Assembly: GCA_963841435.1 (NCBI GenBank)
Contig: CAWJCS010000004.1
Coordinates: 32,001 to 96,000 of the forward strand
Length of the DNA: 64,000 nucleotides
Direction of reading: 5' to 3'
Origin: an uncultured delta proteobacterium
GTDB lineage: Bacteria; Myxococcota_A; Polyangia; Polyangiales; Polyangiaceae
Positions within the stretch are counted from its first letter, which is position 1. Each line of letters begins with the position of its first letter. Shown here piece by piece: positions 10,400 to 18,919 of the stretch. Under the pieces are notes generated by a model. That model saw nothing but the letters and a program-made list of their open reading frames with translations. It searched no databases and was not told the DNA's origin. A program made the translations under genes and the position numbers.

Positions 10400-11122
10400 A
10401 TGGTTTCTCCCGTGGTGCGGCTCGGCATTCCCATCCTGGCGCTTTCCCTCTTGCTGCTGTTCGGGCTCGGCGTCCGCCGGGCGGAGCAGCGGCTCGGGTC
10501 ACCTCCGGGGGCGGCGCTTTGGCGCGCGCTCTTCGCCGGCAGCGTGATGGCGGCGTGGATGGCGCTCATCGGCGGTCTCGCGGCGAGCGGCGCCCTCGCG
10601 CACTTCGACCGGCGTCCACCGCCGATGATGGGCGTGTTCGCGGGCACCATCGTGCTCGCGCTCGGTGCGGCGCTCTCTCCGCTCGGGCGCCGGCTCGCCG
10701 GCGGCCTGCCACTCGGCGCGCTCGTCGGCTTTCAGGCGTTTCGCCTGCCGCTCGAGCTCTTGATGCACCGGGCGGCGCAAGACGGCCTGATGCCGAGCGT
10801 CATGTCCTTCGGCGGCTACAACTACGACATCGTGACGGGCGCGAGCGCCGCGCTACTCGGCCTCTGGTTCGTCATCGGCCGGCCATCGCGCGCCGCGGTG
10901 ATGCTCTGGAACGCCCTCGGGAGCACGCTCCTCTTGGTGATCACGTTGATCGCCGCGGCAGCCATGCCAAGCTTTGCCGCTTTCGGCCCCGACCAGCTCA
11001 ACGTCTGGGTCACGCGCTTCCCCTACGTCTGGATGGCCATCATGGTCGGCTCGGCGTTCTTCGGGCACGTGCTCGTGTTCCGGCGCCTTTCGATGGAAGC
11101 CGCAGCACCGCTAATGTCCTGA
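10400..11122 (+). CDS. Integral membrane protein of unknown function
   Basis: About seven hydrophobic helices with conserved-looking FQAFRLPLEL and GYNYDIVTG segments. Confidence 0.85.
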   Translation: MVSPVVRLGIPILALSLLLLFGLGVRRAEQRLGSPPGAALWRALFAGSVMAAWMALIGGLAASGALAHFDRRPPPMMGVFAGTIVLALGAALSPLGRRLAGGLPLGALVGFQAFRLPLELLMHRAAQDGLMPSVMSFGGYNYDIVTGASAALLGLWFVIGRPSRAAVMLWNALGSTLLLVITLIAAAAMPSFAAFGPDQLNVWVTRFPYVWMAIMVGSAFFGHVLVFRRLSMEAAAPLMS

Positions 11123-11152
11123 TGAAGCGCGTCTCGCGCACCCTCCGGCCCG

Positions 11153-12711
11153 TCACGCCAGCGGTGGCACGGGGATGTTGTTCTGTTGGAAGATGCTCGC
11201 CAGCGTCGCGCGGTCGTTGCTCTTGGCGAGGGCCTCGTCCGGGGCGACCAGGCCGTCCTTGACCAGCTTGAGCAGGCTGTCGTTCAAGAGCGCCATGCCG
11301 AGCTTGCGGCCCGTTTGCATGATCGACGGGATCTGAAAATCTTCTGCTCGCGGATGAGGTTCGCGATCGCCGGGACGGCGAACATCACCTCGAGCGCCGC
11401 CACGCGGCCGCCGCCGATCTTTTTACAGAGCATCTGACAGATGACGCCGCGCAAGCTGCTCGAAAGCATCACACGGATCTGATTTTGTTGCTCCGGTGGG
11501 AACTGATCGATGATGCGGTCGATCGTGGAAGGCGCGGAAGAGGTGTGGAGCGTCCCGAACACCAGGTGGCCCGTCTCGGCCGTCTCGATTGCGATCGACA
11601 TCGTCTCGAGGTCGCGCATCTCCCCGAGCAGGACGATGTCCGGATCCTCGCGCAACGCCGCCCGCAGGGCGCGCTTGAAGGAATCAGTGTGCTCGCCGAC
11701 CTGACGCTGGTTGATCAGGCACTTCTTGTTCGGATGCACGAACTCGACGGGATCCTCGATGGTGATGACGTGCGCGCTCCGCATGCGATTGATGTAATCG
11801 ATGAGCGCGGCCAACGTGGTCGACTTCCCCGAGCCGGTCGGTCCCGTGACGAGCACGAGCCCCTTCGGCAGCGCGCACAGGGTGAGCAGCTCCTTGGGTA
11901 GCCCGAGCTCCTCCACCGTGAGGATCTTCGTGGGGATGACGCGCAAGACGCCGCCCATGCCGTGTAGATCCACGAACACGTTGACGCGAAAGCGCGCCTT
12001 GCCCGCAAGCTCGTACGCGAAGTCCGAATCGTGCGTGCGCTGGAATTCCTCGCGGTTTCTCGGCGGAACGATCGGCATCAAGATCTTTTGCAGCGCCTCG
12101 GCGCTGAGCGGCCCTTGTCCCGGGATGGGCGCCATCTCGCCGTCGAGTCGCAAGATGGGCGGCGCGCCCGTCGAGAGGTGCAGGTCCGAGGCGCGCTTGT
12201 CGAGCATCACGCCGAGCAGCCGGTCGATCTCCGCGGTGGAGCCCCCGCTCAGCCCGGCGTCGTAGACCAGCTTGTCCGGAGCGATCGGCGGCTGAGTCGG
12301 CAGCGGCCCGAGCCGCGCCTCGGGCTCGACGGGGGGCGGGGGAGCCGCGGGGACGCGCGGCGGGCGCTCCGGCAGGGGCGCCGCACCCGACGGATCGCAG
12401 CGGTCGAGGAACAGCGACACGTGGAGCAGGCCCACCTTGACCTCGCCGCAGGCGCGCACCGGACCCTTGCCGTCGAGATCGAAGTCCCACTCGGCCCAGC
12501 CCGAGGACAGCCCGCGCTTCGCGATCGGCGTCGCGATCGGCGCGATCAGCTCGTCGATGCGCTCCGGCGTCAGCGGATCACCGCGCACCTCGCTCTCGCC
12601 TTGCGGCAAGACGACAATCGTCCGGCGCCCCGGCACGAGCCGCACCTCTGCGGCGCCCACGGACAGCGCGCGCTTCAGCAAATCCACGAGGCTCAGCGAG
12701 GCTTGTGCCAT
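11153..12711 (-). CDS. pilT: Type IV pilus retraction ATPase PilT/PilU family (frameshift near C-terminus)
   Basis: GPTGSGKSTT, TIEDPVE, ALREDPD, GEMRDLET, GHLVFGTLH and AIANLIRE motifs. One missing base near 11335 restores QIPSIMQTGRKLGM...PPLA-stop at 11153. Confidence 0.9.
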
Positions 12712-12771
12712 GACAAAAGAAGACTATCGATCGCCCCTCGACGCAAGAGGCTCGCGTTCGTCCTGCCTGTC

Positions 12772-14355
12772 TCAGGGCCGCACGAGCACCACCGTCCCGC
12801 GCTCCTTGTTGAGCACGGCATGCCAGTCGGCCGGCACGCTCGGGTCGGTCCATTCGAAGAGCCACGCGGCATCGATGGGCGAAAGGTTCACGCAGCCGTG
12901 GCTTCGGGTTTTTCCGAATTCGTCGTGCCAGTAGGTGCCGTGCAGCGCGTAGCCCTTGTGAAAATACTGGACGAAAGGCACGTCGTGCAGGTTGAAGGAA
13001 TCGGCGTGGTCCTCGTCTCCGTCCATCGTCGAGCTCACGTCCTTCTCGTAGATCATGAAGGTTCCGCGCACGGTCGAGTCGGTCTTCTCGGGATCCATCA
13101 GGCCGGAGCGTCCCGTGCTCACGAGCGTCACGTACACCGGCCGGCGACCGACGTACGCCACGAGCGACTGCTCCTTCACGGAGACATCGACCCACTTGCG
13201 ATCGCCCGTGGCAAAGCTAGGGAACGACGTGCGGCGGGGGATCACGCGCAGCGCTGACGCGGCGACGAAGCTGCCGTCGGTCGCCTCGAGGACGCCGCCC
13301 GGACGGCGCTTGCCCGTGAGTGGCACCGCCTCGCGGCGCCCGAGCGCGCCGGTCGGCATGAGCGGACCTGAGCCCCGATCCTCGTAGCGTTGCGCGAAAC
13401 CGGGGATCGCGAAGCCGACGGGGAGGTCGTCGCTCCCGTCGAGAGCGAGCCCGTGGAAGCTGCTCGGGACGACCGGCTTCGTGCGGTCGAGCGCGATGAT
13501 GTCGAGCTCCGTCGTGAGCCCGAACAGGCGTCGTTCCCAGTCGAACGTGCGCCCGATCGCGAAGCCGCTCTCGGGGTTTGCGGCGCCCGCGTGGTAGGCG
13601 AAACGCAGCGGTTGCGCCACGCCGTGCGGCTTGACGAGCTTGTGGCCACCGAGCAAGAAGTCTGGGGGCGCGGCCGGGACGAGCAGCGCGTCGAGCCCAC
13701 TGTGCACGAGCCTGCCGCGCAAGAGCTCCGTGCGCCCGGACACGTCGCCCTCCGACTCACGCATCTCGCGCGCGGACGGCAAGCGAAAGTAGAGCAGCGG
13801 CGACGGCTCGCTCGAGAGCGCGTAAAGGTACGGTAGGCCCTCGGCGCGCGTGGGTCGCGTCGAAGAGGCGACGACGACGGGATTTTGCAGATTGAGCGTC
13901 GCGCCGAGGCCGAGGCACACGAAGCCGCGCGGGTTCACGCGGTACCAGCCACCGCGGCAGCCGTCATTGACGATGGAGGGGCCGCGCACGTCGAACACCG
14001 CGCCGGCGCGCAGATAGCCGTAGCGCGTGCGCGTCGGGCCCACGTCCGTGTAAATCCACGTGCGCCAGGCGATGCTCGCCGCGCGCTCGCCCGTCGGCTC
14101 GAACGGCAGTGAATCTTGGATCGTCCCCGGGTTCGCCGCCGCGGGGCGGGCGGGCGCCGCTCGCGGCGCTTCGGCGCTGCCAATCACGACGGCCGTGGCG
14201 CGCGGTTCGCGTTCGGCGCCGGGCGGCTCGCCCCGCTCGAGGCAACCGACCGAAAGGAGCAACAACAGGCAGGCGGGTCTCACGTCGGGTCGAAATAGCA
14301 CGGGGCCAGCGTGCGCGCGGCTCGTCCTCTTCGAGGGTGCCGTCGTGCTGCTCAT
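12772..14355 (-). CDS. L,D-transpeptidase (YkuD) family lipoprotein
   Basis: C-terminal ALHGTYWH...SHGCVNLS catalytic motif and lipobox LSVGC. The true start is probably downstream of 14355. Confidence 0.88.
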   Translation of the reverse strand: MSSTTAPSKRTSRAHAGPVLFRPDVRPACLLLLLSVGCLERGEPPGAEREPRATAVVIGSAEAPRAAPARPAAANPGTIQDSLPFEPTGERAASIAWRTWIYTDVGPTRTRYGYLRAGAVFDVRGPSIVNDGCRGGWYRVNPRGFVCLGLGATLNLQNPVVVASSTRPTRAEGLPYLYALSSEPSPLLYFRLPSAREMRESEGDVSGRTELLRGRLVHSGLDALLVPAAPPDFLLGGHKLVKPHGVAQPLRFAYHAGAANPESGFAIGRTFDWERRLFGLTTELDIIALDRTKPVVPSSFHGLALDGSDDLPVGFAIPGFAQRYEDRGSGPLMPTGALGRREAVPLTGKRRPGGVLEATDGSFVAASALRVIPRRTSFPSFATGDRKWVDVSVKEQSLVAYVGRRPVYVTLVSTGRSGLMDPEKTDSTVRGTFMIYEKDVSSTMDGDEDHADSFNLHDVPFVQYFHKGYALHGTYWHDEFGKTRSHGCVNLSPIDAAWLFEWTDPSVPADWHAVLNKERGTVVLVRP

Positions 14356-14442
14356 CGTGCTCGAAATCGTACTGGGGCTTCCGCATCGCTGAGGCCCCGC
14401 TCGGACGCGACAGCGCCGCCGGAAACGGGCATGCTACCCGCC

Positions 14443-14907
14443 GTGAAGATACCAAGCGCGCTCTTCGGCATCGTGAAGGAGGTGGCGCGACACCTCCTGC
14501 GCCGGCCCGTCGTCGGCATCGGGGCGGCGGCGCGCACGCCGGACGGCCGTCTGCTCCTCATCCGACGCGGCGACACGGGAACGTGGGCGCTACCGGGGGG
14601 CACGCTGGAATGGGGCGAGACGCTGCGCACGGCCTTGGCGCGCGAGGTCGAAGAAGAGACGGGCGCACGTGTGCTCGGGCTCGGACGCCTCGTCGGCGTC
14701 TATTCGGGACCCGAGCGCGATGCGCGCTTTCACGCCGTCACGGTGATCGTCGAGGCTTCCGTGAGCAGGCCCGAAAAACCACCCACAAACCCGCTCGAAA
14801 TCCTCGAGGTGCGGGCTTTTTCCGACGAGGAGATACCGAAGGACCTCGCCTTCGGCATGCAGGACATGCTCGGTGACGCGCGCGCCGGCCGCACGGTGTG
14901 GGAATGA
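14443..14907 (+). CDS. NUDIX hydrolase
   Basis: Nudix box GGTLEWGETLRTALAREVEEETG. Start is GTG 14443 or ATG 14431. Confidence 0.92.
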   Translation: MKIPSALFGIVKEVARHLLRRPVVGIGAAARTPDGRLLLIRRGDTGTWALPGGTLEWGETLRTALAREVEEETGARVLGLGRLVGVYSGPERDARFHAVTVIVEASVSRPEKPPTNPLEILEVRAFSDEEIPKDLAFGMQDMLGDARAGRTVWE

Positions 14908-15995
14908 AACCAACGCTCGTGTTCCTGCCACTCGTCGCGCTCTTCGGTACGGGCTGTGGCCTGCTCGGAGGCGTCCGCGTCGAGACGCTCGACGTGAGCG
15001 CCGAGAAGCCCTCGAACGTCGCGTTCTACGTGGCCGTGACCGAACAGGGGGAGCCCGTGACCGATCTCGAGCCGAAGGACTTCAAGATCTACGAAAACGA
15101 TCAGCTCCTTTCGCCCGGTCAGATCGGGCGGACGTTGCTCGCCGTCGACGCCGTGACCGATCAGCGCGCGCTCTTGCTCGTGGACTTGAGCGGCAATCCA
15201 GGCGTCGATCAGCGCGCGCTCTACGCCCAGGCTGCCGCGGCGTTCGTGCGCAAGCTCGTCGAGAGCATGCCGGTCAGCGTGCGCGCGTACGCCGGCGGAG
15301 AGCGGCTGCTCGGCGTGGCCGACTTCGCGCGTGGGGCGACGCGCGTCGCCGTTCCGGGCCTGGCGACGCTGAAATCATCTGATACGTCGCGCAATCTGAA
15401 CGGCGCGATCCGGGCCGGACTCGAAGAGCTCGACACGCACCAGGGCTCGACCGAAAAGCCCATCAAGCTCGGGACGCTCGTCGTGTTCGCTCGCGGCCCG
15501 GACCTTGCGGGTCGCGTCCCCGAGGACGCCGTTAGCGACGCGCTCGGCGAGACGAAGCACGCCGTGCTCGGCATCGTCATCGGCCCCGATGCTTCCCAGC
15601 TCGATTTCCTGCCGGGTGGCGTCACCCACTCGCAGGACGGCGACGCGCTGCCCATCGCGTTCGAGGAGGCCGGCTCGCGCGTCGCCAAGCTCGCCCACGG
15701 TCACTACCTGGTGGCGTACTGCTCGCCGGCGCGCGCCGGGACGCGCAACGTGCGTCTCGAGGTCGCGTACACGAACGCCGAGGGCAGCGAGCTCAGCGGC
15801 GACACCTACTACGAGCTCGACGCGACCGACTTTCGTTCGGGTTGCGACTCGAGCAAGCTGCCGCGCTTCGAGAAGCCGCCCGCGCAGAAGGGGGCCACGG
15901 CGACGCCCGCCACGGCGACGCCCGGTCCCGCGAGCGCCACCGAAGCGGAGCCCGAGGTCGTCGCACCGCCATCGGGCGGGGACTACGCCCAGTGA
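14904..15995 (+). CDS. VWA-like domain lipoprotein
   Basis: ATGA overlap with the NUDIX gene, lipobox FGTGC, DFKIYEND, LLLVDLSG (degenerate MIDAS) and YLVAYCSPAR. Confidence 0.8.
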   Translation: MKPTLVFLPLVALFGTGCGLLGGVRVETLDVSAEKPSNVAFYVAVTEQGEPVTDLEPKDFKIYENDQLLSPGQIGRTLLAVDAVTDQRALLLVDLSGNPGVDQRALYAQAAAAFVRKLVESMPVSVRAYAGGERLLGVADFARGATRVAVPGLATLKSSDTSRNLNGAIRAGLEELDTHQGSTEKPIKLGTLVVFARGPDLAGRVPEDAVSDALGETKHAVLGIVIGPDASQLDFLPGGVTHSQDGDALPIAFEEAGSRVAKLAHGHYLVAYCSPARAGTRNVRLEVAYTNAEGSELSGDTYYELDATDFRSGCDSSKLPRFEKPPAQKGATATPATATPGPASATEAEPEVVAPPSGGDYAQ

Positions 15996-16360
15996 GCGCC
16001 CCGCCCGGCCCCAGCCCGGTGCGCGTCACGCTGGTGGAGGAGGAAGTGATCCGCGACGGCGGGCCCCGCACCGTGCGCTATTCCGTACGGCACAACGCGG
16101 GCTGGGTGCACGCGACCTCCCACCCGAGTGCGGCGGTAAAATCCCTGGATCGTGGCCCGGGGGTCGTGTTCCGAAGGCACGTCACGCTGCTGCTCGCCCC
16201 CGGCACCGAGGTCGAGCGGGTCGCGCTCGGTCCGGCGCGTCGCACTGCCTCGACGCTCGAGCACCTTACGGGTGGCGCGCGTGGTCCTCGGCAGCGACGG
16301 GACGCGACCCGGTTGCGCGTGGGCTCGAACGGCGCGCTCGAGCCCGAGGGTACAAAATAA
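15992..16360 (+). CDS. Hypothetical protein (122 aa)
   Basis: GTGA overlap with the upstream stop, GC3-biased codons, and a stop immediately before the terminator hairpin. Confidence 0.65.
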   Translation: MSAPPGPSPVRVTLVEEEVIRDGGPRTVRYSVRHNAGWVHATSHPSAAVKSLDRGPGVVFRRHVTLLLAPGTEVERVALGPARRTASTLEHLTGGARGPRQRRDATRLRVGSNGALEPEGTK

Positions 16361-16397
16361 CGCGAGGGCGGCGTCGGTTTCCCGAGCCGCCCTCGCG
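16354..16397 (-). terminator. Intrinsic terminator for a minus-strand transcript (possibly bidirectional)
   Basis: 12-bp stem 16361-16372/16386-16397 plus an inner 4-bp stem with a GAAA loop (minus sense), followed on the minus strand by UUAUUUU. Confidence 0.85.
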
Positions 16398-18059
16398 GAA
16401 GCTGCTTGCCAGTGGTGGGCGCCATCGCGCCGCCTGCCGAGGTTCTCACCGGCTCCCCGATCCGGAGATCGGGGCATCGTTGACGACGAGTGGGTTTTCC
16501 GAACATCGTGACCGCTCGGGTTCGCGCCCATTGGTCACGCGAGGATGGCGACGGTGTTGGCGTTCGCCAGCTTCGATCGACGGGTGCCGGTTGCATCTCG
16601 CCCTCGTGGGGCTCGGCGCGGCGCAAGCGCCACGCGTGCCGGACCCTCTGCGCCGTTGGCTGAGAGAGCCCAGGGTCGGTGCCGTCGATGTCTGACGCTC
16701 CCTGTCGGCTCGCGGCCACCCCGCGCCGGCTTTCCAAGCTGCCGGCCGAGGCCGCCGACCCTTTCGGGTCGGAGCCGCGTGCCCAGGGCACCGGGGCGCC
16801 CACACCCGGATTAGGGATGCAGAGCCACGTGGTGCCCGAAGCGTCTCGTCCTGTCGATGCTCGCAGTGTTGCCACCGTGACTGCCGATCCCTGGCCTTTG
16901 GCCAACGACGCGGGGCAGGACGGGCCGAGCTTCCAGGCGCCTCCGCGCGGCTCCGTCGAGAGCACACGCGGCCACGCCGTGGATCGGGCCGGCCGAGCGT
17001 CCTTGCGGAACTCTGCCTGCCCTGGACCCGTCGATCGAGGACGTGCAAACCCACTTGTCAAAGATCAGCACCCGCGGTTCCGTGTCGGATTGCCGTCGCC
17101 GGGCCCGTTAGGGTCGGCGAGCGGCGGGCGTTGCGATTCACGTCGCTTCACCCGCTTCGGCTTCCGGACCCGCGCTCCGCATCGGCGTTCTCTTCCGAGG
17201 GGGGGCACGGCCCGTTGGCCTCTGACGCTTCCGGGCTCGCGGGGCGAGCGGTCTTGCGACGCACTCGAACCACGCACCCTGCACCTGCCGCCCCGGAGAC
17301 TCTGGCGTGAACCGAGACCCGGATGCGAGCGGGTGAGAAGCGCCTTCCATCGACGACGAGAGCCCAAAAGCTCGCGCCCCGCACATCGCTGTGCGGGCAT
17401 GCCGCGCATTCGGCGAACGGGGGACGAGTCCCACGCACGCCTAGACTCACCCGGTCCGACACGGCCGCAACCGCGCCCGACTCGGGGGAACCACACAGCA
17501 AGCGCCGACTTCTGCAGTCGACACGAAACCCGAGCACACCCGCCGGTGACCCGTTACCTCGTCCGCCGCGCGGTCACCCTCGCGGCGGTTGCCAGGTTTG
17601 GCTACGAGCGGCGAGATGCGAGCTTTCGCTCGAGCCCACCGGCCGTGTCGCCCCTCTCGAGCACGCACATGGCTGTGCGGAGGCCCAGGAGGAGACGGTC
17701 ACGGGCTCCCTTCGTCGTCGTGCTCGCGGGTGGCGCAGCCTGGAGCGCTGTGCACTCACGAGTTGACCGAGGCGATCACCATGTGCCCGCGCGAACGGAC
17801 GCACGGTGGTTGCCGCCAGGAAGCCTTCCCGCCACGAGATGCCGCGCCCGGAGGCGCTGCACGCCACCACCACTAGGGTGGCAAACGACGCTTTTTTCGC
17901 GCGCCGCGCGACTGCCCTCGACGAGGCCAGGGCGCAAACGTGCGGCAACGAGCACCGACCAGGGTGGCTCAGCTGCCAGCCCGGTCGCCGCCCGCTGCGG
18001 CGTCCCCGTGACGTTCTGCGAAACGTGTCACCCGCGAGCAGATGTGCCGCGAGCTTCAT
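16354..18059 (-). ncRNA. Candidate ~1.7 kb highly structured non-coding RNA of unknown class
   Basis: No credible CDS in any frame. Flanked by a promoter and a terminator on the minus strand. Many hairpins carry GAAA/GCAA/GCGA/GUGA/UCCG/CUUG loops in minus sense, and there are multiple 9-15 bp long-range complementarities. Confidence 0.75.
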
Positions 18060-18064
18060 TAAAT

Positions 18065-18093
18065 AATCTAACCACCGAAGCGTCATGATTCAA
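18065..18093 (-). promoter_or_regulatory. sigma70-like promoter driving the candidate ncRNA
   Basis: Minus strand TTGAAT (18093-18088), 17-bp spacer, TAGATT (18070-18065) and an AT-rich discriminator. Predicted TSS ~18057-18059. Confidence 0.75.
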
Positions 18094-18199
18094 GCCCAAA
18101 ACGCGCATGATCGTTGCTATTTTTTTCCACAGCTTGTCTTCAGGTTTCGGTCCCGCCGGGGTTGATGTAGTGAATCGTGCTCTCGACCAAGGATAAAAA

Positions 18200-18406
18200 G
18201 TGCCGATCGATCTTGGGATTCTGCAGGGTGAGCGCGACCTACTCAGGGAAGCGCTGCGTGAGACGGAAGCCGACGTCCGCAAGGTCGAGGCAGATCTCAA
18301 GACGCTTCGCCAGCGCGAGATCCAGACGAAGCGCGAGATTGAAGCGCTCACGACTCTGATTGAGATGAAAGAGCAGCGCGACGCGAAGGGACCGGACGCC
18401 GGCTAG
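18200..18406 (+). CDS. Small coiled-coil protein (68 aa)
   Basis: AAGGA SD-like motif before the GTG start and a heptad-rich charged helix LREALRETEADVRKVEADLKTLRQRE. Confidence 0.75.
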   Translation: MPIDLGILQGERDLLREALRETEADVRKVEADLKTLRQREIQTKREIEALTTLIEMKEQRDAKGPDAG

Positions 18407-18409
18407 CGC

Positions 18410-18826
18410 TCAGAGCTTCGTCTTGCCGAGCTCGAGGACGCGGGCGAACTCGCCCGGCGTGACCGGTACCACCGAGAGGCGAGAACGCCTCAAGAGCTGG
18501 ATCGAGGCGAGCTTCTTGTCGGCGCGAATGGCTTCGAGTGAAACGGGGCTGGCCAGCGCCTTCACGGGCGCCACGTTAACGGCGGACCAGTCGCCCTCCT
18601 TCGCGGTCGGATCGGGGTAGGCCGTGCGCGCGACCTTGGCTACGCCGACGACTTCCTTGCCCTCGTTCGAGTGATAGAAGAGCAGGAGATCGCCCTTCTT
18701 CATGGCACGCAGGTTGTTGCGCGCCTCGAAGTTTCTGACGCCGTCCCAGCGCGTGAGCTTGTCCTTCTGCAGCGTTTCGAAGGCGTATTTGTAGGGCTCG
18801 CTCTTCACCAGGAAATGAGCCGGCAT
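18410..18826 (-). CDS. EVE domain-containing protein
   Basis: LVKSEP, WDGVRNFEARNNLRAMKKGD, FYHS, AYPDPT and RLSVVPVT motifs. Confidence 0.95.
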   Translation of the reverse strand: MPAHFLVKSEPYKYAFETLQKDKLTRWDGVRNFEARNNLRAMKKGDLLLFYHSNEGKEVVGVAKVARTAYPDPTAKEGDWSAVNVAPVKALASPVSLEAIRADKKLASIQLLRRSRLSVVPVTPGEFARVLELGKTKL

Positions 18827-18919
18827 GGCGCGGACGATAGACAAGCCCCGTGCTGCTTGGAAGCGCCCATCGCTCCGCGCGTCGCCCCCGCGGGCGTTCG
18901 CTCGATGCGCCGAGGGGGG

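Noticed and set aside
17574-18059. Possible leaderless ORF MKLAAHLLAG starting at the predicted TSS
   Set aside because: Codon usage is unlike neighbouring genes, the region is dominated by hairpins, and it would explain under a third of the transcript. Not fully excluded without ribosome profiling.
16354-18059. Group II intron, group I intron, RNase P, tmRNA or rRNA identity for the structured region
   Set aside because: I found no domain V motif, GAGGAAAGUCC, tRNA-like ends or rRNA universal sequences by eye. The region interrupts no gene and has its own promoter and terminator.
16679-18088. 469-aa plus-strand ORF and other ORFs in the 16.4-18.1 kb gap
   Set aside because: Arg/Pro/Ser-rich translation, no GC3 bias, no recognisable motifs or RBS. 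Long spurious ORFs are common at this GC content.
18123-18131. Replication origin suggested by a DnaA-box-like 9-mer and AT-rich DNA
   Set aside because: There is only one imperfect box, with no box cluster and no dnaA/dnaN nearby.
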